DNA from: an uncultured Chloroflexia bacterium
GTDB taxonomy: Bacteria; Chloroflexota; Dehalococcoidia; UBA2979
Length of the DNA: 64,000 nucleotides
Assembly: GCA_963728205.1 (NCBI GenBank)
Contig: CAVSIV010000006.1
Span: 896,001 to 960,000 of the forward strand
Direction of reading: 5' to 3'
The notes under the pieces are model-generated. The model was not told the DNA's origin and did no database searches. It saw only the letters and a program-made list of their open reading frames with translations. The translations under genes and the position numbers were made by a program. Every line of letters starts with the position of its first letter. Within the stretch, counting starts at the first letter, position 1. Shown here piece after piece: positions 18,547 through 28,264 of this stretch.

Positions 18547-20112
18547 ATGACGCACGCCGTCACCGCTTCCGGCGGCGCGCGGCCATCGCCGCTGCGTCGC
18601 GCGCTGCGCACGTTCCTGCACGCGGTCCTGCTGCTGGCGTGCGCATTCGTCCTCTACGTTGCGAGCGTCGGCGGCCTGCTCGCTCTCGTGCTTGCTCTGT
18701 TCGTTGCCGGCGCGATCGCGCTCGCGGCGTACCGGTGGCCGACCGGCGCGACGCTCGCGATGCTCGTGATCGTCCCGATGTCCCGCAGCGTCTCCTTTGT
18801 CGCCTTCGCCACCTCGCGGTCCGCGCTGGTGCTGCACGCCAGCCAGCTGCTGAAGGACGAGCTGCTGATCGCGGTCCTCCTCGGGGTGCTCAACCTCGCG
18901 TTCCTGCGACGGCGGTGGCCGCGCGTGCACCTGATCGATCTCGCCGTCGCGGCCTACCTCGCCGTCACCCTCGTCTACGTCGCCTATCCGGGCGTCGACC
19001 ACAGCAGCGGCAGCGTGTTCGCTCGGTTCCTCGCATGGCGCCAGGACGGCTTCTACGTCCTCGCCTACTTCGTGGGCCGGGGGATCACGCTCCGCCGCGC
19101 CGACCTCACCCGCGCGCTCGGGATCGCGGGGACGATGAGCGTCGCCGTCGCGGTCTTCGCGGTGTTCGAGTTCGCGGCACCCGGGCTGAGCAACGGCCTG
19201 CTCAACAAGCTCGGATTCTCGGGCTTCATGGCGGCGATTGGCACCCCGCACGAGGTGCTCGCGGTCCGCAGCCGCGGCATCGGTGCGGCCGACCTCGCGC
19301 GGGCATCGTCCTTCTTCTTCGCCGACCTCGGCCTTGCGTACTACCAGCTCGTCGTGATTCCCGTGGCGGCCGGTCTGTTCGTCTTCAGTCGCGGCAGACT
19401 GCACCGCCGGGCAGCGCACGCGGGCTTCGTGCTGCTGATGATCGGCGTGCTCGGCCTCACGGTGACCCGCAGTGCCATCGCGGTCGCCGGGCTCGGGCTC
19501 GTCGTCGTCCTCCTGCTGCGCCCCTCCTATCTCCACGCCGCGGCCATCCTTCTCGGCGCCGGAGCGCTGCTCCTCGCGTTCATGCTCGTCGAAGGCATCC
19601 GGCCCGACGGCCTGCTCGCGCTCGGTTCGCTCAACGAAGGATCCGCGCAGTCGCATCTGGCGCTGCTGCACGAGGCGCTCGCGACGCTACAGCAATTCCC
19701 CGGCGGCCTCGGACTCGGCAACGGCAGCCATGTCGCGAACCAGCTGGCGACGTTCGGGGTCATGCTGCCCGTCTCCGCCGCCGAGTCCTGGTACCTGCAG
19801 CTCGGGCTCGAGATGGGCGTCCTCGGGATCGCGGCGTTCACCGTCGCCCTGCTCAGCGCGACGTTCTTCGCAATGGCGAATCACTTCCGGGTGCAGGACG
19901 ACCTGCTGCGCGCGCTCACGCTCGGCACGGCCGCGCTGGGCGCGAGCCTGATCGCGATCAGCGTGGTGCAGCCCGTCTGGGCGGCCGTACACGTCCCCTT
20001 CTTCTTCTGGCTCCTGGTCGGCATTGCCGTGCGCGCGCCGGTCCTCGATCGTCAGTGGCGCGCGAGCGGCGAGAGCCCGGTCCCGCCGCCCCGCGCGTCG
20101 GCGCCCGGCTAA
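18547..20112 (+). CDS. O-antigen ligase / Wzy polymerase-like membrane protein
   Basis: ~12 TM segments, TVTRSAI, PGGLGLGN, ESWYLQLGLEMGVLG. Confidence 0.8.
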   Translation: MTHAVTASGGARPSPLRRALRTFLHAVLLLACAFVLYVASVGGLLALVLALFVAGAIALAAYRWPTGATLAMLVIVPMSRSVSFVAFATSRSALVLHASQLLKDELLIAVLLGVLNLAFLRRRWPRVHLIDLAVAAYLAVTLVYVAYPGVDHSSGSVFARFLAWRQDGFYVLAYFVGRGITLRRADLTRALGIAGTMSVAVAVFAVFEFAAPGLSNGLLNKLGFSGFMAAIGTPHEVLAVRSRGIGAADLARASSFFFADLGLAYYQLVVIPVAAGLFVFSRGRLHRRAAHAGFVLLMIGVLGLTVTRSAIAVAGLGLVVVLLLRPSYLHAAAILLGAGALLLAFMLVEGIRPDGLLALGSLNEGSAQSHLALLHEALATLQQFPGGLGLGNGSHVANQLATFGVMLPVSAAESWYLQLGLEMGVLGIAAFTVALLSATFFAMANHFRVQDDLLRALTLGTAALGASLIAISVVQPVWAAVHVPFFFWLLVGIAVRAPVLDRQWRASGESPVPPPRASAPG

Positions 20113-20299
20113 CGCCCGCCGCCCGACGCCCCGGGCCGGACGGCCCGGCACCACCGCGCCTGCGCCCCGGGGCACCCGCGGCTCCACGCCGCGACTCCGC
20201 GTCTCCCGCGAGATCCGCGCGCTGCGATCCCGCCGGCGATCTCTTTCGCTTCGATGGCACCCGATGACGTAACCATCCCGCGATCCATCGCTGCTGGGT

Positions 20300-20314
20300 T
20301 AACTCACCCGTAAC
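20300..20314 (+). promoter_or_regulatory. TAAC-N7-TAAC box 5
   Basis: TAACtcacccgTAAC, then 11 bp, then TAGGGT. Confidence 0.7.
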
Positions 20315-20373
20315 CGCTCGATTCATAGGGTCCGACCTGTCACCGGGGCACACGAACCGAACCGAGTCGTGAC

Positions 20374-21504
20374 GTGCGGGTAGGACTCATGGGGCGGTCA
20401 CTGCGCCCGCCGCTCACCGGCATCGGGCGACATACCGCGAACCTGGTTCGAGGGCTGGCCGGCCGACTGAGCCCCGGGGATCTCAGCGTCTACATCCCCA
20501 GGGACGCCGCTGCGGCGGTCGCGGATGTCCGCTGCCGTGTCGTCTCCGCTCCGATCCCCACCCCTCACGAGCTGCTGCGCGGCCTGTGGGAGCAGACATG
20601 GGTGGCTCGCGACGTGCGGGCGCGACGACCGGACGTCTACCACTCCCCGAACTACGGGCTCCCGCTCGCGCTCCCGTGCCCGTCGGTCGTCACCGTGCAT
20701 GACCTCGCGTTCCTCGACCGACGGTTCCATCACCGTAGGCTCGGCGCCTACCTCCGGTTCGCGACCGCGCTCTCCGTGCGCCGCGCGACCCATGTCATCG
20801 CCGTCTCGCAGTACACGCGCGACCGCATGCTCGCGACCTACCCGGTCGCCAGCGATCGCGTCTCGGTGGTCTACAACGGCCTGGATCCTCGCTACGAGAC
20901 GCTCCCGTCCGCCCGCGCAGTGCAGCGCTTCCTCGCGACGATCGCGCAGGCACGTCCGTACGTCCTCTTCGTCGGCACGATCGAGCCGCGCAAGAACCTG
21001 CCGCGCCTCGTGCGCGCGTTCGAGCTGGTCGCGCCGAAGCAGCCCGCCCTCGACTTGCTGATCTGCGGAACGTGGGGCTGGCGCTACGGAGCCGCGCGGG
21101 AGGCGATTGAGCGGTCGGCCTTCCGCGACCGCATCCGCGTGCTCGGCTATCTCCCGTCCGCGGACCTGCCGCTCCTGTATGCGGGAGCTCGCGTCCTCGT
21201 CTACCCGTCCCTCGAGGAGGGGTTCGGTTTCCCACCGCTGGAGGCGATGGCGATGGGAACGCCGGTCATCACGAGCGACACGAGCGCGCTCCCCGAGGTC
21301 GTCGGCGATGCCGGTGTCCTCGTCGACCCCACCGATGTCGGCGCGATCACGGCGGCGCTCCTGCGGCTGCTCGACGACGAGGCGCTCGCGGATCGGCTGC
21401 GTCAATGCGGGCTGGAGCGCGCCCGGCGATTCACGTGGGACCGCGCGACCGTCGAGACGCTCGCGGTGTACGCGCACGCGGTGGAGCAGCGAGCGGGCGC
21501 ATGA
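20374..21504 (+). CDS. Family 4 glycosyltransferase (mannosyltransferase-like)
   Basis: TGIGRHT, VVTVHDL, GTIEPRKNL, YPSLEEGFGFPPLEAMAMGTPV. Confidence 0.93.
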   Translation: MRVGLMGRSLRPPLTGIGRHTANLVRGLAGRLSPGDLSVYIPRDAAAAVADVRCRVVSAPIPTPHELLRGLWEQTWVARDVRARRPDVYHSPNYGLPLALPCPSVVTVHDLAFLDRRFHHRRLGAYLRFATALSVRRATHVIAVSQYTRDRMLATYPVASDRVSVVYNGLDPRYETLPSARAVQRFLATIAQARPYVLFVGTIEPRKNLPRLVRAFELVAPKQPALDLLICGTWGWRYGAAREAIERSAFRDRIRVLGYLPSADLPLLYAGARVLVYPSLEEGFGFPPLEAMAMGTPVITSDTSALPEVVGDAGVLVDPTDVGAITAALLRLLDDEALADRLRQCGLERARRFTWDRATVETLAVYAHAVEQRAGA

Positions 21505-22679
21505 GACCGGCGATCTTCCACCCGTGGATCTACCTGAAAGGGGGCGTCGAGCGGACGCTGCTCGAGCTCGTGACGCGCAGCCGGCACGACTGGCAGATCT
21601 ACACGGGTCGGTACCTGCCCGAGGAGACCTTCGAGGAGTACCGGGACCTCAACGTGGTCGAGATGGCCGAGCTTTCGCTGGTGCGAGACGCCGCACCGGT
21701 GGCGAAAGCGTGCCTGCAGCTCCTGCGGACACGGGGGCTGTGGGACCGGCACGACGCGCTCATGATCTCGTGCGACGGCATCGGGAACCTGCTCACGTTC
21801 AATGCGGGGCACATCCCCTTGATCTGCCTGTGCCACACGCCGCTGCGCGTCGCCTATGACCCCATCACCCGCGAGCAGTGGCGGCGTACACGCAGTCCGG
21901 GGCTCCCGATGCGCACCGGGGTCCAGCTCTTCACGTACGTCGACCGCCTGGCGTGGCGCCGGTACGACCACGTCTTCTGCGTGAGCCACGAGGTGCGCGA
22001 CCGCATCGTGCGTCGCCGGCTGGTCCGGAACGACCGCCTCGAGGTGCTGCACCCGGGCGTCGACATCCACCGCTTCCTGCCGAGCGGCCGGAGCGAGCGC
22101 TTCTTCCTGATCCCCGGGCGCATCATGTGGACCAAGAACATCGAGCTCGGGATCGCCGCGTTCGCGCGCATGAAGGACCTGCGCCTGTGCCCGGGGCTGG
22201 AGGACGTCCGCCTCGTCATCGCCGGCGCCGTCGATGAGAAGAGCCGGCCCTACTTCCGGCAGCTCCGCGCGACGGCTGCGGGTCGCTGCGACGTCGAGTT
22301 CGTCGTGGGGCCGAGCGATAGCGAGCTGATGGACCTGTACGACCGGTGCCTGGCGACCGTGTTCCCCCCGCTCAACGAAGACTGGGGGCTCGTGCCTCTC
22401 GAGTCGATGGCCTTCGGCAAGCCCGTGATCGCCGTCAACCGGGGCGGTCCGGCGGAGAGCGTGGTGCACGGGCTGACCGGGCTGCTCGCGCCCGCCACCG
22501 TCGAGGCGTTCGCCGGGGCGATGGCCGCGATCGCCTCCAGCCCGGAGTTGCTCGAACACCTCGGCCGCAACGCGCGCGCGCAGGCCGAACGCTTCCACTG
22601 GAACACCTTCGTCGACCGCATCGACGGGTATCTCGACGAGATCCAGGATCGGCGTCCGGTGCTCGCCGCCGCTCGATGA
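21501..22679 (+). CDS. Family 4 glycosyltransferase (ALG2-like)
   Basis: HPWIYLKGGVER, GRIMWTKNIEL, NEDWGLVPLESMAFGKPVIAVNRGGPAE. Confidence 0.92.
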   Translation: MRPAIFHPWIYLKGGVERTLLELVTRSRHDWQIYTGRYLPEETFEEYRDLNVVEMAELSLVRDAAPVAKACLQLLRTRGLWDRHDALMISCDGIGNLLTFNAGHIPLICLCHTPLRVAYDPITREQWRRTRSPGLPMRTGVQLFTYVDRLAWRRYDHVFCVSHEVRDRIVRRRLVRNDRLEVLHPGVDIHRFLPSGRSERFFLIPGRIMWTKNIELGIAAFARMKDLRLCPGLEDVRLVIAGAVDEKSRPYFRQLRATAAGRCDVEFVVGPSDSELMDLYDRCLATVFPPLNEDWGLVPLESMAFGKPVIAVNRGGPAESVVHGLTGLLAPATVEAFAGAMAAIASSPELLEHLGRNARAQAERFHWNTFVDRIDGYLDEIQDRRPVLAAAR

Positions 22680-23848
22680 TGCGCATCGGTTTCGACGCAA
22701 CGGTGCTGCAGGGACCGACGCGCCACACGGGCGCGGGGCGGTGTGCCGAGGGGCTGCTGTCCGCAATGGGGCCCCGCATCGCAGACCAGGGCGAGGTGGT
22801 CGCGTTCGCATGGGAGGACGCGGGCGAGCCGTTCCCTTCGCCGCCCGGCGTGCGCTGGGAGCCGGTGCCCCGGCTGCCGCTCGGCAGGTGGTCCGCGCTC
22901 GCCACGTCGCTCGCCGTGCTGCCGCGAGCGGTTGCCGCAAGCGGCGTCGAGCTGTTCCACACGCCGACGGTGCACACGCGACCGTCGCTCCCGCCGGTGC
23001 CATCGGGGCTCGCGTGCCCGCTCGTCGTGACGCTCCACGACGTCATTCCGCTCACCCAGTACGCCGCCACGAATCGGATGCCCCTGCGGATGCGGCGGTT
23101 CTACCGGTGGAACCTCCGCCGCGCGCTCCGGGCCGATCGCCTCGTCACCGTCTCCGACCACTCGCGCCGCGAGATCGCATCCCGCACCGGCACGAGCACC
23201 GACCGCATCGACGTCGTCTATAACGGCGTCGACCTGCCGGGCGGCGCCACGGGCGGGACCCTGCCGGGCCGGCCCGTGCTGTGGTCGCGCCCGTTCGCCC
23301 TCTACGTCGGATCGTCGGAGCCGCGCAAGAACCTCCCGCGCCTCGTCGAAGCGTTCGCGATCGCCGTCTCGCGCGGGCTCGACTGCGACCTCGTGCTCGT
23401 GACCGATCCGGCGTCGGGACACGCCCCACGGCTGCGCGAGCTGATCGAGCGGTCGGGCGTTCGCGCGCGCGTGCACCTGCGCTCCGGGCTGCCCGCGCGC
23501 GAGCTCGAAGCGCTGTATCGCGCCGCCACCTTCCTCGCGTTCCCCTCGCTGTCGGAAGGGTTCGGGCTGCCGCCCGTCGAGGCTATGCTTGTCGGGACCC
23601 CGGTCCTGGCCTCAAGGTTGGGAGCGCTCCCGGAAGTGCTGGGGGAGGCGGCGCGCTACGTGGATGCGTTCGACACGACCGCGATCGCTGAAGGCATGCT
23701 GGAGCTCGCGCAGAACGCCGGCCTGCGCACACGGCTGCGCACGGCCGGCTGCGACGTGGCCCGGCGCTACACGTGGCAGCGGGCCGCCGAGCAGACGCTC
23801 GCGGTCTACCAGGACGTTCTCCGGAGGGCGCGCGGGGAAGCTCCGTGA
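22676..23848 (+). CDS. Family 4 glycosyltransferase
   Basis: VVTLHDVIP, EPRKNLPRL, FPSLSEGFGLPPVEAM. Confidence 0.92.
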   Translation: MMRIGFDATVLQGPTRHTGAGRCAEGLLSAMGPRIADQGEVVAFAWEDAGEPFPSPPGVRWEPVPRLPLGRWSALATSLAVLPRAVAASGVELFHTPTVHTRPSLPPVPSGLACPLVVTLHDVIPLTQYAATNRMPLRMRRFYRWNLRRALRADRLVTVSDHSRREIASRTGTSTDRIDVVYNGVDLPGGATGGTLPGRPVLWSRPFALYVGSSEPRKNLPRLVEAFAIAVSRGLDCDLVLVTDPASGHAPRLRELIERSGVRARVHLRSGLPARELEALYRAATFLAFPSLSEGFGLPPVEAMLVGTPVLASRLGALPEVLGEAARYVDAFDTTAIAEGMLELAQNAGLRTRLRTAGCDVARRYTWQRAAEQTLAVYQDVLRRARGEAP

Positions 23849-24927
23849 GCATCCGTCCACGGCGACGGAGCCGCCGGCGCCGTCTCGCATGGTGGCTGGG
23901 CGGCACGCTCGTCGTGCTCCTCCTGCTCGCCACGCTCTCGCACCCGCGCCGACACCCGACCGCGCCATCGTCGATCGAGCCGGCGCTGTCGAGCGCGCAG
24001 CCGCCACTCGTCTTCACCTACTTCTACTACTGGTATGACCTCCCGGACGGCGCGCACAGCACCGCGCTGACGGACCACCCCGTCGATCCGAGCGCCAGCT
24101 TCCGGCGCGTCGACTGGATGGGGCAGCAATTGATCGATATGCGAGACGCGGGCATCGACGTTGCCCTCGCCGTCTACTGGGGCGACGAGGAGCCTTCCAG
24201 CGACGTCGGGCTCGCGAACCTGGTCCAGGCGGCGCGCCAGCTGCGCGCCGAGGGAGAACGGACGCCGGGCATCGGGCTGTTCCTCGACACCGGCCTGATC
24301 GGCCGCTGGAGCTATGACCAGCGCGACCTGCGCACGCCCGAGAACCGCGACCGCTTCTACGCTCTCGTGCGTCGCTTCTATCAGGCCGTCCCGCGCGAGA
24401 TGTGGGGCACGATCGACGGGCGTCCCGTGCTCTGGCTGTGGGGCTCGTGGCTCGACATCCGCTTCGACCAGCGGCTGTTCGACGACGTCTATACACGATT
24501 CGAGGCCGACTTCGGCGTACGGCCGTACATCGTCGCCGACAACAGCTGGCGATACGCGATCGGCACCGGCTTCATGGGGCGGATCAGCGTCGATCGCGGC
24601 GCGCCGATCAGCGTCGACGACTTCTACTCGTGGGGCGGGGCGATCGAAGGCTACCGGGAGGAAGGCGGCAACGTCGCGGAGATTGGGCCGGGCTACGACG
24701 AGCGCCGGCTCGGCGGCTCCGCCGACCGCACGGGGCGGTACGTTCCGCGGGACGGCGGTGCAACGTACCGGGCCGCCTGGGAGGCCGCGCTCGCTTCGGG
24801 CAAGCGGTTCATCGCGATCGAGACGTGGAACGAATTCCATGAGGCCAGTGACATCGCCGACTCGCGGGAGTACGGACGCACCTACATCGAGATCACCCGC
24901 GAGTACGCCGGGCGCCTGGCGCGATGA
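23845..24927 (+). CDS. Membrane-anchored glycoside hydrolase-like protein (DUF5010/GH99-like TIM barrel)
   Basis: N-terminal TM, TYFYYWY, DMRDAGIDV, IDGRPVLWLW, PGYDER, IETWNEFHEASDI. Confidence 0.72.
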   Translation: MSIRPRRRSRRRRLAWWLGGTLVVLLLLATLSHPRRHPTAPSSIEPALSSAQPPLVFTYFYYWYDLPDGAHSTALTDHPVDPSASFRRVDWMGQQLIDMRDAGIDVALAVYWGDEEPSSDVGLANLVQAARQLRAEGERTPGIGLFLDTGLIGRWSYDQRDLRTPENRDRFYALVRRFYQAVPREMWGTIDGRPVLWLWGSWLDIRFDQRLFDDVYTRFEADFGVRPYIVADNSWRYAIGTGFMGRISVDRGAPISVDDFYSWGGAIEGYREEGGNVAEIGPGYDERRLGGSADRTGRYVPRDGGATYRAAWEAALASGKRFIAIETWNEFHEASDIADSREYGRTYIEITREYAGRLAR

Positions 24928-24976
24928 AGCCGCCCGCCCGGCCTGCTGACCACACCGCTCCCCCGGCGCGGCGGCG

Positions 24977-26188
24977 CTAGGCGGCTCGCACGTCGCCCGC
25001 CGCGATCCCGCCGAGCAGGGTCTCGAGCCGCTCGCCGGCCGCAACCCACGTCCAGTTCGCCACGACGTGTGCGCGGCCCGCGTCGCCCATCGCCCGCGCG
25101 GCGGCCGGGTCGGCGAGGATCCCGCTCAGCGCGCCGGCGAAGGCCTCCTCGTCGCGCTCCACCAGCCGGCCGGTCACCCCGTCGATCACCGTCTCGGTCG
25201 GCCCGCCCTCGCCGACCGCGACGACCGGCGTGCCGCAGGCCATGGCTTCGAGCACGGCCAGGCCGAACGGCTCGAAGTGCGACGCGAAGACGAACGCCCT
25301 GGCCCCCTGGTAGAGCTGCACGATCTCTGCGTCGGAAACGGCGCTGCGGATCTCGAGCCTGACATCGCACCCGGCGGCGAGCCGGGTGAGCTGTCGACCG
25401 ACGCTTGCGTGGTCCGCGTTCGCTGCGATCACCAGCCGCGGCCGTGTGCGCCGCGGGTACCGACCCAGGCCCCGGATCAGGAAGTCGAAGCCCTTGGCTA
25501 CCGCCAGGGCGCCGACGGAGAAGACGTAGTCGCCCCGCTCCGGGTCGGACGGCGGCGCGAACCGCGCCGCGTCGACGCCGAGCGGCGAGACGGCCGAGTC
25601 GCGCTCGTAGTAGTCGGCAATCGTCGCGCGCGTCATCGCGGAGTTCGCGAGCACCAGGCTCGCCGCGAGCACGTTGCGCCGATCGAGCGGCTTCGTGACG
25701 AGGTCGTAGAGTCGCCCGCGCGCCCACGCCCGCGCCCGCTCCCGGGGCGGCAGTGGCGCCGCCTCGGGGCGGCAGACCGCCTCCAGGAATCGCCGCGGCG
25801 GCTCATGGCAGTAGTACGCGGTCGGCGTCAGCGAGTGGGCGAGCACGGAGGGCGCCGCCTGCGTGAAGCGACAGGGGTCGGTCAGCACCACGTCGTAGCC
25901 GCCGGCATCGATGCGCGCCGCGACGACGCCGGACAGGCGCTCCAATCGCTTGAGGTCGTGGAGCCAGCGCGCCATGTTGAGGCCGACGGCGTGACGCAGC
26001 GGCACGTGGGGCCGGAACGGAAACACCGTCACTTCGCGCCCGACCACACCGCTTTGCAGGAAGCTCTCGTCGGCCGTCTCCAGCGAGAACACGTCGACGA
26101 CGTGCCGCCTCGCGAGCTCTCGGCACAGCTCGTGGAGGGCGCGCCTCGCGCCTCCCGGGGCCTGATGGTGATACCAGGCGATTCTCAC
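24977..26188 (-). CDS. Family 4 glycosyltransferase
   Basis: GGARRAL, YCHEPPR, EPFGLAVLEAMACGTPVVAVGEGGPTE. Confidence 0.92.
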   Translation of the reverse strand: MRIAWYHHQAPGGARRALHELCRELARRHVVDVFSLETADESFLQSGVVGREVTVFPFRPHVPLRHAVGLNMARWLHDLKRLERLSGVVAARIDAGGYDVVLTDPCRFTQAAPSVLAHSLTPTAYYCHEPPRRFLEAVCRPEAAPLPPRERARAWARGRLYDLVTKPLDRRNVLAASLVLANSAMTRATIADYYERDSAVSPLGVDAARFAPPSDPERGDYVFSVGALAVAKGFDFLIRGLGRYPRRTRPRLVIAANADHASVGRQLTRLAAGCDVRLEIRSAVSDAEIVQLYQGARAFVFASHFEPFGLAVLEAMACGTPVVAVGEGGPTETVIDGVTGRLVERDEEAFAGALSGILADPAAARAMGDAGRAHVVANWTWVAAGERLETLLGGIAAGDVRAA

Positions 26189-26222
26189 GGCCACCTCCCG
26201 GGGTCGAGCGATCACACCGCCG

Positions 26223-27278
26223 CTACAGCACGAGCCGGCGAAAGCGCACGCTCCCCGAGAGCGCCGCGGCCAGCGCGATGCCGTCACGCAGGACGTGAGC
26301 TGCCACGCGCAGCGGTGGGCATCTCCCGACCCACCGCTCGCGATAGGTCAGAACCAGGTATGGCAGCGCGAGGAGCGCGAACGCTCGGCGCCATCGAGCG
26401 AGGAAGACCCCGAGTGCGCATGCCTGGAAGTAGAGGTGCGACCGATCCGACCACGTGCCGGCGATCAGGTAGCGGCCGAACTCGGGGTAGCGCGCCGCCT
26501 TCGCCGGCCAGATGTGGTAGTGCCAGGCGTTGCGCAGCCAGCCGGACGGCGAAAGGCGCAATACCTGGTGATAGACGAGCGCCTCGCGCGAGAACGCCGA
26601 CCGCCAGCCGGCGCGGTGCAGGCGCCAGCCGAGGTCGACATCTTCCCAGTACGCGCAGCCGGGATCGAAGCCCCCGGCGTCCACGGCGGCCGCGCGCAGA
26701 TACGCCACGTTGGACGTCGAGTACGACCCGTCGAACTCCAGCGTCTCGATGAAGTGGTTGAAGAGCGGCTGCGGCTGATCCGGATGAGCGATCGTGCGCC
26801 CCTGGACGACGCCGACCCCCTCCGTAAACGCGCCCATCATCGATCGCAGCCAGCCGCTCGTCGGAACACAGTCGCTGTCGGTGAACGCAACGACAAGCCC
26901 GCGCGCTCGCAGGAGGCCGGCGTTGCGGCTCGCCGACGGGCCGCGGTTGCGCGAGGACAGCAGCGCGCTGAACGGGGCCGGGCTGCAGTGGGCAGCCTCC
27001 TCGAGCAGCGCCCGCGTGCCGTCGGTCGATGCGTTGTCCACCACGATCACTTCGTACGCGCCGTCGGGCATGTCCTGCGCGAAGAGCGCGCGCAGCGTGT
27101 CGCCGACGAGATCGCGGCGATTGCGCACGGGCACGACGATCGACACCAGCGGAGCCGCGGGCACCGGCCGGCGGCCTTCGACGACCGCGTATTCGGCGAG
27201 CGGCACGTCCTCCAGGAAGGGCGCGCCGCGGCGCCGCGGGTGACGAGTGAGCGGGGGCGGGTCAGCGCTCGGTCTCAC
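26223..27278 (-). CDS. Family 2 glycosyltransferase
   Basis: VSIVVPVRNR, VVDNASTDGT, VAFTDSDC, WEDVDLGWR, C-terminal GSVRFRRLVL. Confidence 0.92.
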   Translation of the reverse strand: MRPSADPPPLTRHPRRRGAPFLEDVPLAEYAVVEGRRPVPAAPLVSIVVPVRNRRDLVGDTLRALFAQDMPDGAYEVIVVDNASTDGTRALLEEAAHCSPAPFSALLSSRNRGPSASRNAGLLRARGLVVAFTDSDCVPTSGWLRSMMGAFTEGVGVVQGRTIAHPDQPQPLFNHFIETLEFDGSYSTSNVAYLRAAAVDAGGFDPGCAYWEDVDLGWRLHRAGWRSAFSREALVYHQVLRLSPSGWLRNAWHYHIWPAKAARYPEFGRYLIAGTWSDRSHLYFQACALGVFLARWRRAFALLALPYLVLTYRERWVGRCPPLRVAAHVLRDGIALAAALSGSVRFRRLVL

Positions 27279-28264
27279 CGGGGCGCCTCACAGCGACCCC
27301 GCGTCCACGGGTGCGCGCGCAGCACCACCTTGTGCATCTGGTAGGCGCCGTACTGCTTCAACATCAATCGCGACACCTCGTCGACGCGACTGAAGCCCGC
27401 GACGTTCAGCATCCCGCGGAGCGCAGCGACCGACGGCATCCACCAGATGTAGCCCTCGTATCGCCTGAACTCGGTCAGCGCCTCCCCGTTTCGCCCTTCG
27501 AGATACGGGTCGAAGACCTCGGCCACGATCAGCTGTCCGCCGGGGCGGACGGTCGAGAAGACGCGCTCCAGCGCGCCCTGCGGATCGCGCAGGTGGATGA
27601 GGAGGTCGCTGATGAACACGAGGTCGAACGTGCCGACGTTTTCCGGCGAGAGGTCGTAGATGCTGATCTCGCGACGGTCGACCTTCGAGCGGAGCGCCTC
27701 GTGCGCGAGCCGGAACCCATCGCCCGTGCGCTGATCTCGCTCGGGGGACAGCTGCTCGCGCACGCGCAGCGGCAGATCGATCTGGCTGAACGACGCCAGA
27801 TCCGTCGCCACCACCTCGGCCCCTCGACGCTCGAATTCGAACGCCCAGAATCCGTCGAACGTGGCGATCTCGAGCGCGCGCATCCCGCGCATGTCCGCGG
27901 GGAGCCCGTAGCGGTCGACCGCGTCGCGGTGGTCGACGCGGCCGGGCGTCGTGACGCCGTGGGGCAGGTCAATCGCGTGGTACCAGCCGATGTCGTTCAC
28001 GCGCGCCGCGAGCGCGCGCCCCTCCGCGGTCGCGAAGGCGTCGGCGTCCAGCAGCGGCTGATCTGGGATCACCTCCTGGATGGGCAGGGTCCCCGTCTCG
28101 GCACCGGCGGACGCCCCGTCCGCGCGCGGCTCGCGCCCACGCACCTGGTCAATCGCGGGCCGCAGCCACCGATACGCACGACTCGTGCGCACCCGGGAGC
28201 GCAGGCGGTCGTCGACCTGCACACCGATTCGAACGCCGCCGATATCCAGGCGCTTCTCCCGCAT
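27275..28264 (-). CDS. Class I SAM-dependent methyltransferase, paralog 3
   Basis: WYHAIDLPHGVTTPG, RALEIATFDGFWAFEFERRGA, FDLVFISDLLIHLRDP. Confidence 0.88.
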   Translation of the reverse strand: MREKRLDIGGVRIGVQVDDRLRSRVRTSRAYRWLRPAIDQVRGREPRADGASAGAETGTLPIQEVIPDQPLLDADAFATAEGRALAARVNDIGWYHAIDLPHGVTTPGRVDHRDAVDRYGLPADMRGMRALEIATFDGFWAFEFERRGAEVVATDLASFSQIDLPLRVREQLSPERDQRTGDGFRLAHEALRSKVDRREISIYDLSPENVGTFDLVFISDLLIHLRDPQGALERVFSTVRPGGQLIVAEVFDPYLEGRNGEALTEFRRYEGYIWWMPSVAALRGMLNVAGFSRVDEVSRLMLKQYGAYQMHKVVLRAHPWTRGRCEAPR

